From positions 1-42,993 of the IMG/VR virus record IMGVR_UViG_3300044448_004019: a stretch of 42,993 bases of DNA. One strand, 5' to 3'. Positions 26,234 to 33,043 of this stretch are shown piece by piece. The position numbers were made by a program, and so were the translations under genes. Source of the DNA: a virus. Lineage: Duplodnaviria; Caudoviricetes. The stretch's first letter is position 1, and each line of letters opens with the position of its first letter. Under the pieces are notes generated by a model. That model had not been told where the DNA came from and did not search any database. It worked only from the letters and a program-made list of their open reading frames with translations.

Positions 26234-27409
26234 TTAGTTACTGGCCTCAGAGAAGACGTCAGCGCCGGGCAAAGCCGGGCGTCGGTCAGAAACCGGCACC
26301 AGCTTTTCGCCAGTAACCGGACGGTTGCACAGCCCGTCAATCACGGGCTTGTGTTTCGTGCCGCCCAGAGCTTTCTGGGCTTGTGCGGGGCTGATCATCG
26401 ACGTGACCGTAGGATCAACACCCGCGTCGCGAAGCGCGTTCTGCGCTTCGACTTCGTCGTTCCAACGACGGTTGCCGATGGTAGCGACCAGTTTGTATCC
26501 GTCAACAACGCGCCCTGCTTTTGCTTCGCTAGCAGCGTGTTGCTCAACTGCGTCGAGCCACTTCCGCACCAGCGGTGCGGCGTCAAGGACTGCCCGCATC
26601 CGCTCAGGGTCAAGCGTTACCGGTGCTGGCGGCTGCGTAGGGGAGTCGAGGTCACCGCTAGGGAAGACCTCTTGAGCGCTTTGCAACGCATGCTCGCGCA
26701 GCGCGGGGCAATGCGGCTTAGCAGGGCAGAAGGTGCAGTGGTCGCCCGGCTGCAGCCGAGCTTGCGGCTCCAGAGCGGCTTTGATCCGCACGGTCAGTTC
26801 TTGCTCAACCCACGCTTCGAACTCGTCCATGCGCATCGTCCACGCTTGGTGACGCCCACGCACACAGCTTTCGTCATCTGAACGCGCGTTGACGCGCGGC
26901 TGCACGATGTGAAACTTAACCCGGTTAAACTTGCGCGAGAACGCAGGCGCATCTTCTGGCGGGTCAGCCAGCAGCGCCGCAGCGTAGACCATCAGCTGAC
27001 GGTTAGCCGTCGCGTCGACCAGCGTGCGCCCAAACTTCAAGTCAAAGACGTGCAGCGTGTCCGCCGTCGCCATCGCGTAGTCGACAGTGCCCCAGCAGTC
27101 GTTGTTGAACTCTACGCGGTGCTCAACTACCGAGTCGTCGGCGAGCATCTCGTGCAAGCGCAAGATGTCCAGGTACGCCTGGAGGTCTTGCGCCATCTCA
27201 AGGTCAACGGTGAACTCACCGTTGGTGTCCCCGACGTAGCTGATCGCGTCCAGCCCGTTGACCAGAGCTTGCTCAGCAATCATGTGCGCGAAAGAACCTT
27301 CGCGCGCAGCTGGGCTAGACTCGTCCGGGCAATCCTTGCTCAGAGCTACTGAGCCGGGACAGACGAACCAGCGGTTAGCGGCGCTTGGCGCCAAAGACGA
27401 ATGGCTCAT
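26234..27409 (-). CDS. DUF2800 Cas4-like PD-(D/E)XK exonuclease
   Basis: 'HSSLAPSAANRWFVCPGS', 'EGSFAH', 'GTVD', 'DLKFG', 'QLMVYA' and 'HCTFCPAKPHC'. Confidence 0.9.
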   Translation of the reverse strand: MSHSSLAPSAANRWFVCPGSVALSKDCPDESSPAAREGSFAHMIAEQALVNGLDAISYVGDTNGEFTVDLEMAQDLQAYLDILRLHEMLADDSVVEHRVEFNNDCWGTVDYAMATADTLHVFDLKFGRTLVDATANRQLMVYAAALLADPPEDAPAFSRKFNRVKFHIVQPRVNARSDDESCVRGRHQAWTMRMDEFEAWVEQELTVRIKAALEPQARLQPGDHCTFCPAKPHCPALREHALQSAQEVFPSGDLDSPTQPPAPVTLDPERMRAVLDAAPLVRKWLDAVEQHAASEAKAGRVVDGYKLVATIGNRRWNDEVEAQNALRDAGVDPTVTSMISPAQAQKALGGTKHKPVIDGLCNRPVTGEKLVPVSDRRPALPGADVFSEASN

Positions 27410-27512
27410 GGCTAACGCTCCTTCTACGTCGGGGAATTAAAGCAGATGCCGGGACGACCAAGATGGCCATCCCGACGGTAATGCCTGCTGTCACCAGCAG
27501 ATCGTAGATCAC
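27375..27512 (-). CDS. Small membrane protein (45 aa, MIYDLLVTAGITVGMAILVVPASALIPRRRRS...)
   Basis: Hand-translated. GTGA overlap with the upstream stop; a hydrophobic segment is followed by RRRR. Confidence 0.45.
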   Translation of the reverse strand: MIYDLLVTAGITVGMAILVVPASALIPRRRRSVSHEPFVFGAKRR

Positions 27513-27919
27513 CCCAGCTGAGCCTGGAGTGAATCGGCGATCGGGTTGACCGCCTCGTCCTTGATCTCAGAGAACTTGGTGACGCCCACTTGCTGGAACA
27601 CCGCGCGGACTGGCTCGTCACCAAGCTGGTCAAGAGCTTGCGCGATCAACTCGCGCAGTTCGTCGCGGGTCATGCGAGGCGTCTGCTTTGCAGCTTCGGC
27701 TGCGACTTCGGCCTTAGCCTCTGGCGTAGCCATTGACTGCTCTGGGTTCTTGCGCGGGCGACCGCGCTTCTTCTTCGGCTTAGCCTCAGCTTCGGCTTCG
27801 GGCTTGGACCGCTTAACGCTCTTCGACTCAACAGTGACGTCGTCGCTGTGCGACTTAAGGAAGTCGGCAAGCGCGGGCAGCACAGCAGAGTCGAGCGAAA
27901 GAGTGATGTTGATGTTCAT
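27509..27919 (-). CDS. Hypothetical protein with AT-hook-like motif (136 aa)
   Basis: SD AGGAG before ATG 27919 and 'KKKRGRPRK'. The helical C-terminus 'VFQQVGVTKFSEIK' is of the type often seen upstream of DUF2800 genes. Confidence 0.7.
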   Translation of the reverse strand: MNINITLSLDSAVLPALADFLKSHSDDVTVESKSVKRSKPEAEAEAKPKKKRGRPRKNPEQSMATPEAKAEVAAEAAKQTPRMTRDELRELIAQALDQLGDEPVRAVFQQVGVTKFSEIKDEAVNPIADSLQAQLG

Positions 27920-27940
27920 GGTTGGTCTCCTGAATAAAGT

Positions 27941-28033
27941 GCGGGCAGGGGCTGCGGCTATCGGGGAAGTAGGGTGCTGGGTCAGCTTGGCTGGATTCCT
28001 GGTCGCCAAGCGGGGCCTGCAGCGCCTGCCCGC
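27941..28033 (-). ncRNA. Putative structured RNA B / 5' leader
   Basis: GCGGGCAGG-C-GCTGC-A-GGC pairs with GCC-GCAGC-C-CCTGCCCGC; inner stem GCTTGGC/GCCAAGC. Confidence 0.45.
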
Positions 28034-28047
28034 TGTGTGCTGAGTTG

Positions 28048-28076
28048 GTTGTAGTTGGCTTGAGTCGGAAACGCAA
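28048..28076 (-). promoter_or_regulatory. Putative sigma70-type promoter
   Basis: TTGCGT-N17-TACAAC, just upstream of structured element B. Confidence 0.4.
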
Positions 28077-28079
28077 GCG

Positions 28080-28370
28080 TCAATTCCGTGACGCTTGCTC
28101 TTTTTCCCACTCTTCACGTTTGACGTGGATAGCTGAAACCAGCCGCTCAGTGAACAGCTTTGCGATCTCCTCTACCGACATCACGTCGTAGTGCTCCAGC
28201 ACTACGGCGATTTCAGCGACTAGGTCAGTCGCTACGACTCCGAGCAGCGACGCTCGGGAGCCAGGGTCGTCAACGGTTGGCTTCATTTTTACCATGAAGT
28301 CTTTGGCGAACTCCTGGGCGAGTTGGTTACCCAGGCCCAGCTGGGCCTGGATATCCTTGTCATCAAGCAT
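28080..28370 (-). CDS. Hypothetical protein (96 aa)
   Basis: ATG 28370 overlaps the end of the upstream gene; helical, protein-like sequence. Confidence 0.65.
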   Translation of the reverse strand: MLDDKDIQAQLGLGNQLAQEFAKDFMVKMKPTVDDPGSRASLLGVVATDLVAEIAVVLEHYDVMSVEEIAKLFTERLVSAIHVKREEWEKEQASRN

Positions 28371-28875
28371 CGCTTTGCGCATCCGCAATGGCTTGCCCGA
28401 CTCGTTCGCGAGCTTCGTCCATCGTGTTGTAGCAAAGGCAACGACGCAGTGACTCGGCCACGTCAGCCATGAGAACAGCGTACTGCTGGTCAACCTCGTG
28501 CAGCTTAGAGTTGGCCGTGATGTCTTCGACGATCAGGTCAACCAGCTTGGTGGGGTCAACCGCAACGGCGGGTGCCTTGTCCTCGCTAGGCGTTTCTGTC
28601 ACCGGTTGATTCATCAGCCGTTCTAGGTTCTGCCGCTCTGCCATGTGTCGCAGCTTGCGCCACATCACGTACGACCAGCCAGCAACGTCAAGCGCTTCTT
28701 CAAGCCGCTCGCGTTCAATAGTTGACGTGGGGAGGTCCGACGAATTGTCGGCGTACTCGTTCTTGCCTGCGTAGAGGCGCTTTCGCAACTCGTGCAGGTA
28801 TTGCTCAATGTCGTGGCACTTCTGCGTCGTCGCGCTGTAGGCGTCGTGCAGGCTATTATCTTGTTGGTCAGTCAT
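28363..28875 (-). CDS. Hypothetical protein, possible MazG-like all-alpha NTP pyrophosphatase N-terminal domain
   Basis: SD GGAG before ATG 28875; pattern 'RLYAGKNEYAD...LEEALDVAGW'. Confidence 0.5.
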   Translation of the reverse strand: MTDQQDNSLHDAYSATTQKCHDIEQYLHELRKRLYAGKNEYADNSSDLPTSTIERERLEEALDVAGWSYVMWRKLRHMAERQNLERLMNQPVTETPSEDKAPAVAVDPTKLVDLIVEDITANSKLHEVDQQYAVLMADVAESLRRCLCYNTMDEARERVGQAIADAQSDA

Positions 28876-28903
28876 GGGAAGTCTCCGTTTGAAGTGAGAG
28901 GAG

Positions 28904-29173
28904 TCAGATGGCCAGCGCGTTAGCGATGGCCTGGGAACGCGTTTTACCCAGACCTTCTGGGTAGAACCACACGCCGCTGGCGTCAACGCCAGTGACAACT
29001 TGAGCGCGCCAGCGAGACGCTGGCGGCACTTTACGGTAGGGGTCGACAAGGTCGTCGTAGTTGATGTGCCAAACGACAACCCACTGGCCGTCCTTGCGGA
29101 TCAACGACCCGCCGGGGCGGGTCTCAACGCCGCTCGCAAGGACTTGCTCTTTCTGCTTATCGGTAAGTCGCAT
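28904..29173 (-). CDS. Hypothetical protein (89 aa)
   Basis: SD GGAGG before ATG 29173 (MRLTDKQKEQ...). Confidence 0.7.
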   Translation of the reverse strand: MRLTDKQKEQVLASGVETRPGGSLIRKDGQWVVVWHINYDDLVDPYRKVPPASRWRAQVVTGVDASGVWFYPEGLGKTRSQAIANALAI

Positions 29174-29211
29174 GGTAGCCTCCGGTGTCAACCTGAAAAG
29201 TAAGAGAGAAA

Positions 29212-29296
29212 GGGTGGCTGCGATGCTCGCTTTAACTAAGTGGGCTTCTACGGAAGCCAGAGCACAACTAAGGCTGCCCTTAGAAAGCAGCCACCC
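29212..29296 (-). ncRNA. Putative structured RNA C
   Basis: 10-bp closing stem GGGTGGCTGC/GCAGCCACCC; inner CTAAGG/CCTTAG, TGCTC/GAGCA and GGCTTC/GAAGCC. Confidence 0.55.
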
Positions 29297-29305
29297 GAAA
29301 GAGAA

Positions 29306-29415
29306 GCACGTCAGCCGCCGACACGAGGTCACGGCGCGATGGAATAACGGAGTCTCACGCGGACGGCCTCAGTTCGGCCACCCGATCGCGCTACCCGTAT
29401 CGACGGCTAACGTGC
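29306..29415 (-). ncRNA. Putative structured RNA D
   Basis: 20-bp closing helix with three U-G wobbles on the minus strand; inner GCGCGAT/ATCGCGC and GGCC/GGCC stems. Starts 7 nt after a -10 box. Confidence 0.6.
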
Positions 29416-29422
29416 AGAGGAC

Positions 29423-29465
29423 AGACTACAGCAGACTTCGACCGACGTCAACAGTCTGCTGTAGT
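29423..29465 (-). promoter_or_regulatory. Sigma70-type promoter embedded in a 13-bp inverted repeat
   Basis: TTGACG-N17-TAGTCT; arms ACTACAGCAGACT (29425-29437) and AGTCTGCTGTAGT (29453-29465); A-tract upstream. Confidence 0.65.
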
Positions 29466-29470
29466 TTTTT

Positions 29471-30085
29471 TTACGCCACGTTCTCCACGGTGATGCGGAT
29501 TTCGCTGTCTCCCCAAGTCCACCGGGCTTTGAGAGTGTCGCGTTCCCATTCGCGGATGATGTGCGGGGTCCAATCCTCGCTGCATTCAGCGGCCATAAAG
29601 CCGTCGACTACACTCATGGCGGTGCCCCACTCGCGGCAGATCTGCATCGTGTGATCTGGAGGGACTAGACCGTCCTCTACCAGATGCACGACGTAGACTT
29701 CGTCGTCTTTTAGCTCACGCTTTGGCATCGATTTCCTCCTGTTCAGCTGGCGCATGTGTACGCCTAGTACCCAACGAGTGATGAAGTTCCAGCGGTGCGT
29801 CGTGTTGGTGTACGCAACCGCTGCTTGCATGATGCTGACCACCAAGGCCAGCGCCACGAACCATGCTTGAGTCAGCCAAGAGCCGCTAGACGCGGCTGCA
29901 GCTAACGCCAAGGTCCACGCAACAACGAACGCGAAGATCGCCCAGATCGCCGTCTTGAAGCCGAGCTTGCGCATCAGCATCTTGCCGAACGGGTTGGTCT
30001 CCGAGTCAGCTGAGCGAACGTGCTGCTGGGTAGACCAGCAGTCTCCGAACTTGGTCAGCACGACCAGGGCTGCAGCAGCCCACAC
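29471..30085 (-). CDS. Membrane protein (DUF5658-like N-terminal part) in frame with a separately initiated 85-aa protein (29471-29728)
   Basis: 'GDCWST...ETNPF' plus transmembrane segments; internal SD AGGAGG before ATG 29728. Confidence 0.55.
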   Translation of the reverse strand: MWAAAALVVLTKFGDCWSTQQHVRSADSETNPFGKMLMRKLGFKTAIWAIFAFVVAWTLALAAAASSGSWLTQAWFVALALVVSIMQAAVAYTNTTHRWNFITRWVLGVHMRQLNRRKSMPKRELKDDEVYVVHLVEDGLVPPDHTMQICREWGTAMSVVDGFMAAECSEDWTPHIIREWERDTLKARWTWGDSEIRITVENVA

Positions 30086-30098
30086 GAAGACGCCCGCT

Positions 30099-30341
30099 TC
30101 AGGCGCCTCCTAATCTGAGCAGGTCAAGCACGCCTTTCTTGGACAGCTTGAACGTGAACTTCTGAACCGTGACGCCAAGGTCGTGGATCTCAGCCATGTC
30201 GCGCGCTTCAGCAAGCGCGCGCTTTTCTGTGCGGCTCCAACTAGTGTCGCCTTCTTCAGTCTGCACGCGGTAGACGAACGTGTCGCGCGCGTGGTCGTCA
30301 GTAGGAACGACGTAGTCGCTCAGTATCGTGATGTCGGTCAT
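30099..30341 (-). CDS. Hypothetical protein (80 aa)
   Basis: SD GGAG before the ATG; sits in the early-gene array. Confidence 0.7.
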   Translation of the reverse strand: MTDITILSDYVVPTDDHARDTFVYRVQTEEGDTSWSRTEKRALAEARDMAEIHDLGVTVQKFTFKLSKKGVLDLLRLGGA

Positions 30342-30364
30342 TGGTCTTCTCCAGGGGTTAAGTT

Positions 30365-30382
30365 GCCGCCCCTAGGGGCGGC
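30365..30382. promoter_or_regulatory. 18-bp perfect palindrome/hairpin between early genes
   Basis: GCCGCCCCTAGGGGCGGC, intergenic. Confidence 0.45.
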
Positions 30383-30390
30383 GTTAGTAA

Positions 30391-30558
30391 TCACAGACTT
30401 TGGGCAACGGCCATCTCCGAGTCACAGCTGCGGCAGCAGTTAATCACCTCGCCGTCAAGAGTCTCGGTTTCAGCCACCCACTTCGTGGGCGACTCGCTGC
30501 GAGCGAACCAGAACCGCTCGTCGCAGATGTCGCATTCAACGTAGAAGTCGTTAGTCAT
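30391..30558 (-). CDS. Small zinc-ribbon protein (55 aa)
   Basis: SD GGAG before ATG 30558; CDIC...CRSC pairs. Confidence 0.7.
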   Translation of the reverse strand: MTNDFYVECDICDERFWFARSESPTKWVAETETLDGEVINCCRSCDSEMAVAQSL

Positions 30559-30586
30559 CGGTCGTCTCCAGGTTGGGCCGCTACCC

Positions 30587-31477
30587 TCAGAGGGCAGCGG
30601 CGGCTTCGGCACGCGCGACGAGGTCGCGCAGGATGCGTCGGTTTTGGTTGGCACCGACGCCGACAAGGTTGGCCTCTTCGCGAGTAGCGTCGCGGCCACG
30701 GTGGTGCGACAACCAGTTGGTCGCCGCTTGGTAAGCACCCCACAAGCTGCCTGGGTCAGCCCCAGCGCCCGTGTGGTAGAGACGCTCGACCTTGTCAGCC
30801 TGATTCTGGCTGCGCGTCGTGCGCTCGTTGTTCTCGTCGCGTGGGAACCACTCGTCGAGGATGGCTTGGAAGCCTCGGTCGTTCAGCTTGGAGTCAGCCA
30901 GACGCTGCAGCATCGGAAGCTGCTTCTCGAAGCTGTCGAACTGCTGACGCAGAGCGATGACGGCTTCTTGGTTGCGCTGCGTGATCGACGGCGTGTGACG
31001 CATGCGCGACACTGCTTGGTTGTCCAAGCGGACCATGCCGTTAGTGCAGATGAGCACTTCGTCGGCACTGCCGATGGTCCGAGCGGCGCTACCGTCGAAC
31101 GAGTCGTAGCTGAAGATGCGCTGGCGAATCACTTCGCCGACCTTGCGCTGCGTCTTGATCTCGGCTTCTTTGCCGGTCTCAGCGATCACAGCGATCTTGG
31201 CGCCGCCCTTCCAGGCGAACGCACGCAGGTTGCGCTCCTTGATGTGGCCGCTCTCCAGCAGGTGCTCGAAGACCTCGACGGTCTCGGACGGCTGGATCAC
31301 AGTCTGCTTGCCGCCGACCATGCCGATGGCTTCACCAGTGTCGGTGCGCCACGCGATGCGACCAAGGTTAGGGTCGACCGTGCGGACGCCGTTAGGGCCG
31401 TTGTCAACGCGGTAGGCGGCAGTGCCGAGTTCGACGTCGTAGCGCAGCTGAGCAAAAGGGTCAGTAGTGTGGGTCAT
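30587..31477 (-). CDS. DUF932-family protein
   Basis: 'WRTDTGEAIGMVG', 'SFDGS', 'ICTNG', 'RHT' and 'GSLWGAYQAATNWLSH'; SD GGAG before ATG 31477. Confidence 0.85.
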   Translation of the reverse strand: MTHTTDPFAQLRYDVELGTAAYRVDNGPNGVRTVDPNLGRIAWRTDTGEAIGMVGGKQTVIQPSETVEVFEHLLESGHIKERNLRAFAWKGGAKIAVIAETGKEAEIKTQRKVGEVIRQRIFSYDSFDGSAARTIGSADEVLICTNGMVRLDNQAVSRMRHTPSITQRNQEAVIALRQQFDSFEKQLPMLQRLADSKLNDRGFQAILDEWFPRDENNERTTRSQNQADKVERLYHTGAGADPGSLWGAYQAATNWLSHHRGRDATREEANLVGVGANQNRRILRDLVARAEAAAAL

Positions 31478-31534
31478 GGGTCTAGTCTCCGGTAAGAGTG
31501 AAAACGGGAGCGGCAACTTGCCGCGACTGAGGAC

Positions 31535-31567
31535 AACATAACCCGACATCGACCGACGTCAACCGAC
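31535..31567 (-). promoter_or_regulatory. Sigma70-type early promoter
   Basis: TTGACG-N16-TATGTT; shares the 15-mer GTTGACGTCGGTCGA and a downstream GTCCTC with the 29.4 kb promoter. Confidence 0.6.
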
Positions 31568-31601
31568 TACTTCATCTTTTTCTGCCTGAAACAAAGTTTT
31601 T

Positions 31602-32909
31602 TCAGCTGAGTAGTTCCGAGATCATCGCGACCTTGCGCTGCAGCACTTCGGTCACGATCTCGTCGATGCTGTGCGCTAGGGCCAGCATCCGCACGCGCAC
31701 CGGCTTGGTCTGGCCGATGCGGTAGATGCGGTCGGCGCACTGCGCGTTGTCACCGGGCGTGTAGCTCGTCTCGACGAACAGCGCTTCGGTCGCGCGGGTC
31801 AGCGTGATGGCGGTGCCCGCCGCCTGGATCTGGCCGATGAAGACGTCAGCTTGCCCAGACTGGAACGCGTCGACAGCGCGTTGCCGATCCGCCGCGGACG
31901 TGCGCCCGTCGACTACCACGGGGCGGTAGGCCGCCAGTCCACCAGCTAGCTGGTCGATGACTTCGGTGTGCTGGGCGAACAGCACGATGCAGTCTTGGTA
32001 GGCTAGCTCGTTGCGCACCATCTCGACTGCAGGTTCGACCTTGGCCAGCCCGCTCAGCCTGCGGAACCGCGACAGGTGCTCGTGATCCCGCAGCGCCTGG
32101 AACGCTTCTTCGGGCGTCTCAGCTGACGTGACGTCGTCGTGTGCGCGAATGCCGTCAGCTGAGACTGCGCGACGTCGCAGCTTGCGCTCTAGCTCATCCA
32201 ACCCCGGCGGCATCTCAGTAGGCTGCACGGTCACGACCTCGACGCGCTTGGGTGGTAGGTCAAGAACGTCAGTCTTCTTGCGCCGCAACATAAAGTTGCT
32301 CATGCGCTCCCGTAGCTCACGCGCGTTTTTGTTGCCTACGATCTTCCAGCCGTCACCGAAGTTGGATGGGCGTAGCTCGCAGTAACGCTCGCGGAACGCG
32401 CGGAAGCGTTCAGGGAAGTCGTCGTGCAGGTGGTGCAGCATCGTCCACAGTTCGCTGGCGTTGTTCGGCATCGGCGTGCCAGTCAGCAACCACGTCCGAT
32501 CTGCAGTTGTAGCTAAGCCGTAGAACTTGCGGGTGCGCGCGGCGGTCGGCGTCTTGAAGCAGTGCGCCTCATCACCAACAAGCAAGTCGGCGCCTGCTAG
32601 ACGCTCGCGCACCGGTTCGCTGCGCAACAGGCTGTGCGGGGCGATTAAGAACGGGCAACGCGGCGTTGTCCGTGCTGCGCGCGTAGAGTCTAGCACTGCG
32701 GCTTCAATGCCCGCCCACTTGCGCAGTTCACGCTGCCAGTTCCAAAGGGCGACGCTAGGCGCAACGATAGAAACCGAGCGTAGACCTAGCTCGCGCGCGG
32801 CGACGGCGACGCTGATGGTCTTGCCTAGACCCATGTCGTCGGCAAGGCATGCCGTCTTTCTTTGCTTTAAGAAGTTGACGGCGGCACGTTGATGCGGGTA
32901 AAGCTGCAC
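31602..32909 (-). CDS. SNF2-family (SF2) helicase
   Basis: 'LYPHQ', 'DDMGLGKT', 'DEAH', 'LTGTP' and 'QCADRIYRIGQ'. The start is probably GTG 32909, preceded by TTGCAA-N16-TAGACT. Confidence 0.92.
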   Translation of the reverse strand: MQLYPHQRAAVNFLKQRKTACLADDMGLGKTISVAVAARELGLRSVSIVAPSVALWNWQRELRKWAGIEAAVLDSTRAARTTPRCPFLIAPHSLLRSEPVRERLAGADLLVGDEAHCFKTPTAARTRKFYGLATTADRTWLLTGTPMPNNASELWTMLHHLHDDFPERFRAFRERYCELRPSNFGDGWKIVGNKNARELRERMSNFMLRRKKTDVLDLPPKRVEVVTVQPTEMPPGLDELERKLRRRAVSADGIRAHDDVTSAETPEEAFQALRDHEHLSRFRRLSGLAKVEPAVEMVRNELAYQDCIVLFAQHTEVIDQLAGGLAAYRPVVVDGRTSAADRQRAVDAFQSGQADVFIGQIQAAGTAITLTRATEALFVETSYTPGDNAQCADRIYRIGQTKPVRVRMLALAHSIDEIVTEVLQRKVAMISELLS

Positions 32910-32981
32910 GATGCGGCAGTCTAGCCGGGCGCAGTCGGTTTGCAACGGCTGGCTTCGGTTATGCACCCCTGACAAAAAGAT

Positions 32982-33014
32982 GGCCCCAGCGGTTCTCTCA
33001 ATTCCGCTGGGGCC
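32982..33014. terminator. 11-bp hairpin in the divergent helicase/primase gap
   Basis: GGCCCCAGCGG/CCGCTGGGGCC, followed by ATCTTTTT on the minus strand. Confidence 0.5.
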
Positions 33015-33043
33015 GACCCCTTGACTCGATCATCGGAGACGAC

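Noticed and set aside
26234-27409. CRISPR-Cas locus (Cas4-like gene)
   Set aside because: No repeat-spacer array or other cas genes; DUF2800-SSB-PolA is a standard phage replication block.
27920-29332. Long N-terminal extensions given by the ORF track (28117, 28493, 29079, 29332; also 30738, 31549, 32975, 35610, 42216)
   Set aside because: They overlap neighbouring genes, promoters or RNA structures; downstream starts have SD motifs or stop-start coupling.
29212-29415. Known self-cleaving ribozyme or riboswitch
   Set aside because: I could not find hammerhead (CUGANGA/GAAA) or other familiar cores by eye; no family is assigned without an Rfam search.
30644-31495. 283-aa plus-strand ORF and many other antisense or shadow ORFs in the track
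   Set aside because: They lie opposite or inside well-supported genes, have no motifs, and are expected from GC-rich codon bias.
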